A stretch of 64,000 nucleotides of DNA from Vicinamibacteria bacterium (GTDB taxonomy: Bacteria; Acidobacteriota; Vicinamibacteria; Marinacidobacterales; Marinacidobacteraceae), in assembly GCA_963422395.1 (NCBI GenBank), contig OY729431.1, forward strand, positions 1,056,001 through 1,120,000, in the 5' to 3' direction. The translations under genes and the position numbers were made by a program. Each line of letters opens with the position of its first letter. The first letter of the stretch is position 1. A model generated the notes under the pieces. That model made no database searches. It was not told the DNA's origin and saw nothing but the letters and a program-made list of their open reading frames with translations. Below are positions 1-8,252 of this stretch, piece by piece.

Positions 1-2402
1 GCTTCCAGTTCGACTCCGGTGTTCCGGGCGCCGAGGGCGTTCGCGTACGAGGTACGGAGCTGTGCGGTCGGCTGCACGATCCGCTCGATGGGGTTCGTGA
101 AGTGCTTGTAGAAAATGCTGGCGGCCAACACTTCGGCGGCGCTGGGAAAGGTTTCGATGCGGAGATCCACATTCCGGATGAGTGCGCGCTCGAGATTCGG
201 ATTCCCGACGACCGCGCGGCCCCCCACCACATCGGTGAACTCGAAGGGCGCCAGCTCGCGGAACTCCGGCCGGTTCACGGTATGGCTGTATCCGCCGCGC
301 AGATTCGTCCGGCCCGAGAGCGCATACACCGCGTTCACTCCCGGCAGCAGATCGGTGTCGGAAAGCTTCGCAGTGACGGTTTCGCCGGCGGTGGAGAACG
401 GATCGAAGGTGTCCACTCGCTGTTCCGAACGCTCGACCCGCGCCCCCCCGATCAGCCGCAGTTCGGTGGTGATCGGGAGGTCCAGCATTCCGTAGAAAGC
501 CGAAACCGTCTGCTCGGCGGCGTAGGTATCGGTGGGTCGGGTCTCCTCGCGCAGTTCGTAGGCGATTCCGATGTTCTGGGGAGTGAAGATCTGTTCCGGC
601 GGAAGGGTGAGATCCACGAATCCGCTGCCCTTCGGCGTCATGCGGAAACGGCGCGAGGCGAAGCCGCGCTCGCGCACGGTGAGCTGCGGGCCGGCCTTGA
701 GCATGGTGGGGAGGCCGCCCCACTGGGTGAAGAAGGAGGTCCAGTCGAGGCCGGCATCGATCACTTCGTCGTCGAGCTCGTTGAACATGCGGAATCCGCT
801 CTGCGACTCGTCCGCGAGCACGAAGGAATCGATGGACGGGTTGAACTCGTAGAGCGTTTCCCGGAGGTCGGGTTCGTCGCGCGCGGCCCGCGACAGGTTG
901 GCTTTCCATTCCACCTGGCTCGAACCCATCGATGCGAATCGGTGTTCTCCCGAAAGCTGCGAAGAGAAGATGGTCTCCTCGACCCAGAAGAGTCGGGTAT
1001 TGCGGATGTTCTCGCCGACATCGTTGTTGTACCCCTCGAAGATCCGCACCTCGTTCTTCGAGTTGTGGGTATAGAAGTTCTCGAGGGCGACGCGGTGGCT
1101 GCCGGAGAACTTGTAGGCGAGGTTTCCGACCATGCCGGTCGAAGTCTTCGAGGTGGTGATATCGAATTCGTAGTCGTTCTGGACCTCGAGATCTCCGCCG
1201 GACACCGCGAAGAAGGTGCGGTCCTCCTGCTGGCTTTGATGGTCCTGGGACCAGGTGGCGCTGAAGATGGCGCCGAGCCGGCCCCAGCTGTTTCCGGCGA
1301 CGAAACTGTAGGACTGGCCCTGCCGCACCGATTCGGTTCGGGGAGACCAGATATTCGAGAAGGACTCTCCCATCGCTTCGAGTTCCGCGGAACGGAAACC
1401 GGCGGTGGTGAACCGGCTGGTGCGCACCACCTTGCTGCTCGGGATCGCTCCAGGAAGGCTGCGGGAACCGTCGTCGAAGCCGAGCCAGTCGCGTCCGCCG
1501 CCGGTATAGGTCAACCCGTCGGCGAAAGTGGTGGCGGTGTTGTAACTCTGGGATATCGAAAGGTTCAGCACCGCTTCGGTCGGGAACGAGAGGGGATCGA
1601 TCTCCACCAGCCCGCCCGAGAAGTCCGCCGGCTTGTCCGGGAGGTACGACTTCACCACAGAAACGCTTTCGATGAGGCCGGTGGGAAAGAGGTCGAGCGG
1701 GACGACCCTTTTGTCGGGCTCCGTCGTCGGGAGCACCGCTCCGTTCAGCGTGGTGTTCGAGTAGCGCTCTCCGAGTCCGCGGACGAAGACATACTGGTTG
1801 TCCACCACCGTGAGTCCGGTGATGCGCTTCATGGCGGCCGCGGCGTTCGAATCCGCGTTCTGCTTCATCTCGTCGGACGCGAGGTTGTCGGTGATGGCCG
1901 CCGCTTTCTGCCGTTCGACGAGCTGGGCTTCCGCGGTGAAGAGTTCGGGTTCCATGACTTCGGCGGTCACCACTACCTCCTCGGCGAAGCGCTCCATCTT
2001 CAGCGCGACATCCAGGCGGGTGGTCGCCCCGGCCTCGACCTCGACCGGAACGACCGCCTCTTCATAACCCGCAAAGCGCACTCGGATCTCCTGCGGGCCG
2101 GCCGGCAGGGTGATCAGGAAGGCTCCGTCGAGTTCGGTGAAGGTCGTCTCGCCGGTTGCGGCGATGGTGATCGGAGCGGCGGGCAGCGTCATCGCGTTGA
2201 ACCCGTCGCGGACCACCCCGGCGATCTGTCCGGTCTCGTCCTGCGCGGCGGCGGGAAGGACGGCGAAGAGGTTGCCGCCGGCTGCGGCGGCCAGCGCGGC
2301 TGCGATGGCCTGCAGGGAGGTCGGCAGGCGCCGGTGGGAGGAACCGGTCGGGTCGGCGGAACGGGGGGGTGCTCCCCGGAGACGGAGATACGGCTTGAAC
2401 AT
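1..2402 (-). CDS. TonB-dependent outer-membrane receptor with N-terminal carboxypeptidase-regulatory-like domain; 3' end runs off the window
   Basis: Absent from the ORF track because it has no stop in the window. Hand translation from ATG 2402: signal-like ...AVLPAAAQ, then GQIAGVVRDG...ELDGAFLITLPAGPQEIRVRFAGY, and plug motifs VFVRGLGERYSNTTLNG and VVPLDLFPTGLIESVSVVKSY. Confidence 0.88.
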   Translation of the reverse strand, partial: MFKPYLRLRGAPPRSADPTGSSHRRLPTSLQAIAAALAAAAGGNLFAVLPAAAQDETGQIAGVVRDGFNAMTLPAAPITIAATGETTFTELDGAFLITLPAGPQEIRVRFAGYEEAVVPVEVEAGATTRLDVALKMERFAEEVVVTAEVMEPELFTAEAQLVERQKAAAITDNLASDEMKQNADSNAAAAMKRITGLTVVDNQYVFVRGLGERYSNTTLNGAVLPTTEPDKRVVPLDLFPTGLIESVSVVKSYLPDKPADFSGGLVEIDPLSFPTEAVLNLSISQSYNTATTFADGLTYTGGGRDWLGFDDGSRSLPGAIPSSKVVRTSRFTTAGFRSAELEAMGESFSNIWSPRTESVRQGQSYSFVAGNSWGRLGAIFSATWSQDHQSQQEDRTFFAVSGGDLEVQNDYEFDITTSKTSTGMVGNLAYKFSGSHRVALENFYTHNSKNEVRIFEGYNNDVGENIRNTRLFWVEETIFSSQLSGEHRFASMGSSQVEWKANLSRAARDEPDLRETLYEFNPSIDSFVLADESQSGFRMFNELDDEVIDAGLDWTSFFTQWGGLPTMLKAGPQLTVRERGFASRRFRMTPKGSGFVDLTLPPEQIFTPQNIGIAYELREETRPTDTYAAEQTVSAFYGMLDLPITTELRLIGGARVERSEQRVDTFDPFSTAGETVTAKLSDTDLLPGVNAVYALSGRTNLRGGYSHTVNRPEFRELAPFEFTDVVGGRAVVGNPNLERALIRNVDLRIETFPSAAEVLAASIFYKHFTNPIERIVQPTAQLRTSYANALGARNTGVELE

Positions 2403-2612
2403 CGGCGCGGATTGTGGGTTCTCGTCGTTGCGCCTCCTTGAAGGACGCAAGACATTCCGCCCAAAACTCGACGAAGTTCCGTGAATCCGGATCGACCTGG
2501 CGCGGCATGGGTCGACCCGGCGCGTCCTGATCTTCTTCGGGCATCGACCCTTCGGAAATTTCCGCAGGGAACGGGCGGCCCCCCCTGTCCCCGGGGTATC
2601 CACAGACTGTTA

Positions 2613-2801
2613 GCAGCCTGTGGACGAAGTCACACGGCCAAAGGCCGGCGATGCCCAGTTCTCCCGGTGGGGCCCCCGGCTGAACGCTTCGCTCGGCGTT
2701 GCGATTCGGTCGGAATACACCCGGTATGCCTCCCGAATCGCGCCTTGTCAGCCGGGCGCCTCCCCGATCTTGGGGCTCGCGTCACTTCATCCACAGGCTG
2801 C
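2613..2801 (+). mobile_element. MITE family A, copy 1 (189 bp)
   Basis: TIRs GCAGCCTGTGGACGAAG / CTTCATCCACAGGCTGC, flanked by TA (2611-12 and 2802-03). Near-identical to copies at 5585, 20881, 58257 and 61543. Confidence 0.9.
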
Positions 2802-2807
2802 TAGCAT
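2799..2807 (+). promoter_or_regulatory. Extended -10 (TGCTAGCAT) for phoB, formed at the MITE/target junction
   Basis: Fits TGnTAnnnT, 18 nt upstream of the phoB GTG. Confidence 0.55.
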
Positions 2808-2825
2808 TCGCCGGCGCGACGGACC

Positions 2826-3530
2826 GTGAAGCGAATCCTGGTCATCGAAGACGACCCCGACATCGTCGAACTGTTGCGCTACAACCTGGAGCGCGAGTCG
2901 TACACGGTGACCTCCGCCTACACCGGCGCCGAGGGGCTGGCCCGGCTGCGCCGGGAGCACCCGGATCTCTTGATCCTCGACCTGATGCTGCCCGAGGTCA
3001 GCGGGTTCGAGCTGTGCCGGCAAGTGCGGCGCGATCCCGAGCTCCGCGACCTTCCGGTCATCATGCTGACCGCGCGCAGCGAGGAAGCCGATGTGATCGC
3101 AGGGATCGAACTCGGCGCCGACGACTACCTCACCAAGCCGTTCAGCCCGCGCGAACTCACCGCCCGGGTCGGAGCCGTCCTCCGCCGGATGGGGCGGGCC
3201 GAGCCGCCGAGCGGGGGTGCCGTCGCCGAAACGCTGCAGTTCGGCGAGCTGGAGATCGATCCGGGAGCGCACCGGGTGCTGCGCGCGGGCGCCGACCTGC
3301 CGATCACCCACCTCGAGTTCAAGCTGCTCCACTACCTCGCATCCCGTCCGAAACGGGTCTTTTCGCGGCAGCATCTCCTCGACCGGGTGTGGGGCCGCGA
3401 GAAGTACCTCACCCTCCGAAATGTGGATGTCCATGTGCGGCGGCTGCGCCGGAAAGTGGACCCGCCGGACGGTCCTTCCCTGCTGCAGACGGTTCGGGGG
3501 GCCGGGTACCGCTTCGAACCGCCGCCCTGA
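2826..3530 (+). CDS. phoB: OmpR/PhoB-family response regulator
   Basis: Receiver domain (ILVIEDD, LILDLMLP, DDYLTKPFS) and wHTH (RNVDVHVRRLRRK, TVRGAGYRF); paired with a PhoR-like kinase. Confidence 0.85.
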   Translation: MKRILVIEDDPDIVELLRYNLERESYTVTSAYTGAEGLARLRREHPDLLILDLMLPEVSGFELCRQVRRDPELRDLPVIMLTARSEEADVIAGIELGADDYLTKPFSPRELTARVGAVLRRMGRAEPPSGGAVAETLQFGELEIDPGAHRVLRAGADLPITHLEFKLLHYLASRPKRVFSRQHLLDRVWGREKYLTLRNVDVHVRRLRRKVDPPDGPSLLQTVRGAGYRFEPPP

Positions 3531-5533
3531 CCGGAAGCTCCTCGACCGACAGCCGGACCGGAGGGGACGGGAGACCTTCCGGAAGCGGCTGGCGGCTTCG
3601 CCGGCCCTCCCGCCTTGCGATCCGGCTGGCCGTCGCGAGTCTGGCGATTGCGCTGGCACCGCTCATCGTGGTGCTGCTGACCGCGGCGCAGGCAGTGCGG
3701 GGGAGCGCCGTCGCCTCCACCTTTGCGAGTCTCGACGCCGTGGCCGAAGTCGGGCTCGGCTCCCCTCCGGGAGACGCCTCGTCCGCTGCCCTCGTGGACT
3801 GGGCGATGGCGCTCGCCGCCTTCGAATCGGCGCCGGGAGCGGAGCGGAGCACTCCTCCCGGACGGCAGCGGCGGGTGACGCTGATCGCGCGCGACGGGAG
3901 GGTACTCGCCGATTCCCACGAAGACGCCGAGACGATGGACAATCACGAAGGCCGACCCGAGATCGTGGCGGCCTTCACCTCCGGGTATGGCCGCTCGCAG
4001 CGGTTCAGCGACACCCGCGGCGAGGAGCTGACCTATGTGGCGGTCCGGCCGCCGTGGAACCAGGAGACGGTGCTCCGGCTCTCGGAACCCGTGGTCCGCA
4101 TCGAGGAGACCATCCGGGCCATCCTGACTCCGGTCACGGTGGTGGCGCTGCTCGCGGCGGGCGGCGCCGCCGCGCTCTCCTTCTGGTACTCCGCCCGGTT
4201 CGGCGACCGGGTGGCCCGGCTCTGTCGGTTTTCCGAGCGGGTGGCGCAGGGGGATTTCACCCCGGAGACCGCGCCGCTCCGGATGGACGAGCTGGACGAA
4301 CTCCTCGCGTCGCTGAACCGGACGGCGAAGGCGCTCGAGACGAGCTTTCGATCCCTGACTGCGGAGAAGAACCAGGGGGCGACGATCCTCTCCAGCATGG
4401 TGGAAGGCGTTGCGGTGCTCGACCGGGATCTGCGGATCCAGTATCTGAACGGTGCGTTCCGCGAGGCGCTGTCGCTGCCCGGAGAGTCCTGGCGGGAGTA
4501 CCGCGGCCGCGACGCCCACCAGGTCCTCGAAGAAAAGCGCCTGCTGAAAATGGTCAAGGCCGCGATGCGAGGCAAGTCCCGCGAGCGCCAGATCTCGCTG
4601 AAAGGGCGCGAAGTGCTCGCCCGCGGGGCCCCGGTCGTGTCCTCCGAGGCCGAAGGCCGCGCGGGCGGAGGGACCCGGGGCGAAGAAGCTCGAGGCAGCG
4701 AGCCCGCAGGAGCGGTACTCGTCCTGATGGATGTCACCCGCCTCCACGCACTGGAGCGGGTCCGTCAGGACTTCGTGGCCAATCTGTCCCACGAGTTGAA
4801 AACTCCGCTGACTGCGATCCGCGGTTTCGCGGAAACGCTGCTGGACGGCGATCTCGACGGCCCGCCGGAGCGGCGGCGATTCTTGGGGATCATCCGGGAA
4901 CACGCTGTCCGGCTCTCCCGGCTCACCGACGATCTGCTGAAACTGGCGCGTATCGAAGCCGGCAAGCTGGATGCCGATTTCGTTCCGGTCCGGATCCACC
5001 GGGTCGTGGCGCCCATCGTGGAATCGGCGCAGGTGAAAGCGGGGGGCCGCACCGTGATCGCCCGGGATTCGAAGGGGGGACCGCTCGTCGAAACCGATCC
5101 CACCCTGCTGACCGAGATCTTGCAGAACCTGGTGGACAATGCCATCCAGTATTCCGGCGACGACGGCCGGATCGAGGTCGTGACGAAGCGAACCGACGGC
5201 GAAGTGCGGATCGCGGTGCACGACAACGGGGTCGGCATCCCCGAGCGCCATCACGCCCGGATCTTCGAGCGCTTCTACCGCGTGGACGCCGCGCGCTCCC
5301 GTACGGTGGGGGGTACCGGGCTCGGTCTCGCCATCTCGCGGCACCTGGCGGAAATGCTCGGTGGACGGATCGAGGTCGAGAGCGCGCCGCGCCGGGGCTC
5401 GCGGTTCACCGTCGTCTTGCCGGCGCGGCGATCCGCGCTTCGCTCGCTCGATCGGGAGGAAGCCGGCGAACCGGCTGGGCTCGGCAGTCCGGGCTGGATA
5501 GCGGAACCGGCAGCGAAAGCCGGCGGTTGCTGA
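3527..5533 (+). CDS. phoR: PhoR-like sensor histidine kinase (TM-Cache-TM-HAMP-PAS-HisKA-HATPase); probable CTG start
   Basis: MDNHEGRPEI periplasmic motif, DFVANLSHELKTPLTAIRGFAETL, RIFERFYRVD...GGTGLGLAI. In-frame CTG overlaps the phoB TGA. Confidence 0.85.
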   Translation: MTGSSSTDSRTGGDGRPSGSGWRLRRPSRLAIRLAVASLAIALAPLIVVLLTAAQAVRGSAVASTFASLDAVAEVGLGSPPGDASSAALVDWAMALAAFESAPGAERSTPPGRQRRVTLIARDGRVLADSHEDAETMDNHEGRPEIVAAFTSGYGRSQRFSDTRGEELTYVAVRPPWNQETVLRLSEPVVRIEETIRAILTPVTVVALLAAGGAAALSFWYSARFGDRVARLCRFSERVAQGDFTPETAPLRMDELDELLASLNRTAKALETSFRSLTAEKNQGATILSSMVEGVAVLDRDLRIQYLNGAFREALSLPGESWREYRGRDAHQVLEEKRLLKMVKAAMRGKSRERQISLKGREVLARGAPVVSSEAEGRAGGGTRGEEARGSEPAGAVLVLMDVTRLHALERVRQDFVANLSHELKTPLTAIRGFAETLLDGDLDGPPERRRFLGIIREHAVRLSRLTDDLLKLARIEAGKLDADFVPVRIHRVVAPIVESAQVKAGGRTVIARDSKGGPLVETDPTLLTEILQNLVDNAIQYSGDDGRIEVVTKRTDGEVRIAVHDNGVGIPERHHARIFERFYRVDAARSRTVGGTGLGLAISRHLAEMLGGRIEVESAPRRGSRFTVVLPARRSALRSLDREEAGEPAGLGSPGWIAEPAAKAGGC

Positions 5534-5584
5534 CTGTCGGCGCTCGGCTCGCCGAGGCGCGGTTCAGCAGGCCTCGAATCACTA

Positions 5585-5774
5585 GCAGTCTGTGGATGAA
5601 GTGGCGCGAGCCCCAAGGTTGGGGAGGCGCCCGGCTGACGAGGCGCGATTCGGGAGGCATACCGGGAGTATTCCGACGGAATCGCAACGCCGAGCGAAGC
5701 GGTTCAGGCGGGGCCCCCACCGGGAGGACTGGGCATCGCCGATCGACAGCCGTGTGACTTTGTCCACGGGCTGC
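5585..5774 (-). mobile_element. MITE family A, copy 2 (190 bp), inserted in the rnr stop codon
   Basis: TA 5583-84, GCAGTCTGTGGATGAAG...TTTGTCCACGGGCTGC, TA 5775-76. Confidence 0.9.
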
Positions 5775-7726
5775 TAGGGGGCGAACTCGAGGTCGCCGCG
5801 GAGCCGGTCCACACGGACCAGCTGCGCTTCGAGCGCGCCTCCGATGCGGTAGCGGCGGCCCGTCGCCCGGTGCCGGAGCGCGTAGTCGCGCCGGTCGAAC
5901 CGGAAACCGGCGTCCAGGAGCGAAAGGGGCACCGCACCCCGTGCGGGGATTTCGTCGAGCGTGATCTCGAGGCCGAAGCGCCCGATCTCGGCGATGTGCG
6001 CGGCGAAGACCTCCCCGAGCCTGCCGGCGAGCATTCGGGCGATCCGGCGCTTCACGAGAGTGCGCTCGGCTGCCTCGGCGCGCCGCTCGGCTGCGGAGCT
6101 GGCGGCTGCGAGCTCGGCCAGCGTTTCGGAAGCAGGGCCGGAAGCAGCTTCGGGATCCGCCGCCGGGTCTTCGCGCAGGGCGGCGGCCAGCGCCCGATGG
6201 ACGACGAGGTCCGGATAGCGGCGAATCGGCGAGGTGAAGTGGGTGTAGTCGGGAAGCGCAAGCGCGAAGTGCCCCTCGCCGCGCGGGGAATATTCCGCCT
6301 TCCGCATCGCCCGGAGCAGGCGCCTGCGGAGGAAGGGTGCTTCGGGGCGGGATTCGATGCGGGCCAGCAGACGGGCGCAGTGGGCCGGTCGAAGCGGCTC
6401 GGACGGAGAGCGCAGCCTTTCGCCGAAGGCGGTCAGCAGGTCTTCGAAACGCCCTATCCGGACTTCGTCGGGCGCGGCGTGGATTCGGTGGAGCGCTGGA
6501 GCCCCCGCAGTTCGGAGCCTCTCGGCGACCGCCTGGTTGGCGAGCAGCATGAACTCCTCCACCAGGCGATGCGCGTCGTTTCTTTCTGCGTAACGCGCGT
6601 CGAGCAGGTTGCCGTTCGGGTCGGTGGTGACCGCCGGCTCGGGCAGGTCGAGATCCACCGCGCCCCGGTCCCGCCGCGCCCCGGACAGGACTGCCGCGGC
6701 GCGGCCCATCACGCGAACCGCTTCGGGGATGACACCGCGGTCCGCGCCTGCGAGCAGCCGAGCGCCCTCCTCGTAGGTCAGGCGCGCCGCGCTGCGGATC
6801 ACGCTGCGGTAGCAGCGGGCCTCCCGGAGCCGGCCGTCGGGGGCGATGGAGAGCGTCACCGAGCGGGTCAGCCGATCCTCTCCGGGAACGAGGGAACAGA
6901 TGCCCGAGGAGAGTGCTCGGGGCAGCATGGGAACCGCGCGCTCCGGGAAATAGACGGAGATGCCGCGGCGCTCGGCCTCCCGGTCCAGTGGGCTTCCGGG
7001 TGGGACATGGTGGCTCACATCGGCGATGTGGACGCCGATCCGATACCCCCCTCCCGGGAGTCGGGCCGCCTCGATCGCGTCGTCGTGGTCACGGGCGTCT
7101 GCGGGATCCATCGTGAGGATCGGGCGCCCGCGGAGGTCTTGCCGGCCCGCGAGGTCGCCGGCGCCGACCGAGCGCGGCACGCTGTCGGCCTGTGCCAGCG
7201 CCTCCGGCGGAAATTCTTCCCGAATGTCGAAGCGGGCGAGTACCGCACGGAGTTCGGCGCGCGGGTCTTCCGATCCGCCGAAGAGAGACTGCACGGTGCC
7301 GAGCAGTGGGCGCCCCGGAGCTGCGGGCGGCCGGACGCGAACCTCCACCAGGTCTCCGGGGCGGGCGTTTCCCGAAGAGCCGGACGGCACCACGATCTCC
7401 CGCGCCCACTGCTCGTCCCATACCGCGACCGTCCGTTCCGCGGTGAACTGCCCGACGACCCGTTTTCCACTTCGGGCCAGCACCCGGACGACGGTGCCTT
7501 CCAGCCGGCCCCGCCGAGTCCGGAAGGCGATCTCGGCTTCCACCGAATCTCCCGGAAGAGCCCTCCCGAGGCGGCCCTGAGTGATGTGGAGGTCCTCGGC
7601 CGCGTCCTGTCCTTCGGGGATCACCCAGCCGTCGCCGTCTCGTCGGCCTTCGAAACGGCCGCGGATCAGCCGACGGGCGGAGGCCCCCTCCTCCGTCCGG
7701 TCCCGGCCGCGCGTCGCTCTGCCCAC
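5774..7726 (-). CDS. rnr: Ribonuclease R (RNB family)
   Basis: TMDPADARDHDDAI catalytic motif, YTHFTSPIRRYPDLVVHR, cold-shock-like N-terminus, S1 C-terminus. Confidence 0.9.
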   Translation of the reverse strand: MGRATRGRDRTEEGASARRLIRGRFEGRRDGDGWVIPEGQDAAEDLHITQGRLGRALPGDSVEAEIAFRTRRGRLEGTVVRVLARSGKRVVGQFTAERTVAVWDEQWAREIVVPSGSSGNARPGDLVEVRVRPPAAPGRPLLGTVQSLFGGSEDPRAELRAVLARFDIREEFPPEALAQADSVPRSVGAGDLAGRQDLRGRPILTMDPADARDHDDAIEAARLPGGGYRIGVHIADVSHHVPPGSPLDREAERRGISVYFPERAVPMLPRALSSGICSLVPGEDRLTRSVTLSIAPDGRLREARCYRSVIRSAARLTYEEGARLLAGADRGVIPEAVRVMGRAAAVLSGARRDRGAVDLDLPEPAVTTDPNGNLLDARYAERNDAHRLVEEFMLLANQAVAERLRTAGAPALHRIHAAPDEVRIGRFEDLLTAFGERLRSPSEPLRPAHCARLLARIESRPEAPFLRRRLLRAMRKAEYSPRGEGHFALALPDYTHFTSPIRRYPDLVVHRALAAALREDPAADPEAASGPASETLAELAAASSAAERRAEAAERTLVKRRIARMLAGRLGEVFAAHIAEIGRFGLEITLDEIPARGAVPLSLLDAGFRFDRRDYALRHRATGRRYRIGGALEAQLVRVDRLRGDLEFAP

Positions 7727-7751
7727 AGGCGCTAGACTCGGGCTAACGCGG

Positions 7752-7838
7752 GCCGAAGTGGCGGAACGGCAGACGCGCTGCGTTCAGGGCGCAGTACTCC
7801 TCGCGAGTGTCAGGGTTCAAATCCCTGCTTCGGCACCA
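7752..7838 (+). tRNA. tRNA-Leu(CAG)
   Basis: GCCGAAG/CTTCGGC acceptor stem plus ACCA, anticodon arm CTGCG-TTCAGGG-CGCAG, long variable arm, GGTTCAAATCC T-arm. Confidence 0.96.
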
Positions 7839-7851
7839 GCGGATCGACGGG

Positions 7852-8106
7852 CTGAGCGCTCCGAGAGCGGGGCGTCAGGGATGGCATCGGGCATTCTCGT
7901 GGGAAGAGCGGGATGCCCCGCTCCCGAACCGCCCGGCGCTGCGCGCCGGGAATCCGAACTGCTGCCGGAGGCAGCGATTTCGGATTCTGGGTCACGATTC
8001 TGTGAAAGGGGGTGGACCCCCTTTCACACATACCCCCGCTGCGCCGCGCCCGAGGCAGAGCCTCGGTCGCAACAGGTGTTTTTTCGGCCGCGGACTGGGG
8101 TCGAGG
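7852..8106 (-). repeat. Structured dispersed repeat family B, copy A
   Basis: Reverse complement aligns with 18259-18509 and 28137-28432 (AAAACACC.G.TGCG, GCAGCGGGGG..GTGTGAAAGGGGG-n4-CCCC.TTCAC, terminal ACGCCCCG(C/T)TC stem). Confidence 0.85.
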
Positions 8107-8201
8107 TTTTCGAGCGGGGCGTGATGTGGGGTTGCGTTTCGCACTCCCGCGGGAAGAGCGGGACGCCCCGCTCCCGAACCGCCCGGCGCTGCGCGAAAGG
8201 G
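8103..8201 (-). repeat. Partial tandem copy of the family B 3' stem-loop
   Basis: GAGCGGGGCGT...GGGAAGAGCGGGACGCCCCGCTCCCGAACCGCCCGGCGCTGCGCG repeats about 7865-7945. Confidence 0.75.
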
Positions 8202-8252
8202 GGGCAGATCCTGCTTTCGCGGGCCGGGCGGTTTGCGGCTGCTGGCGGCGAA

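Noticed and set aside
102-2441. 779-aa plus-strand ORF, and other long antisense ORFs such as 3332-5344, 25988-28165, 34126-36906 and 36432-39092
   Set aside because: Shadow ORFs antisense to well-supported genes; expected with high GC3; no recognisable motifs
5582-5777. 61-70-aa ORFs running TIR to TIR on both strands of MITE copies 2, 3 and 4 (MDKVTRP... / MDEVARA...)
   Set aside because: Start and stop come from the TIR/TA symmetry, copies 1 and 5 are frameshifted, and there is no SD; probably non-coding
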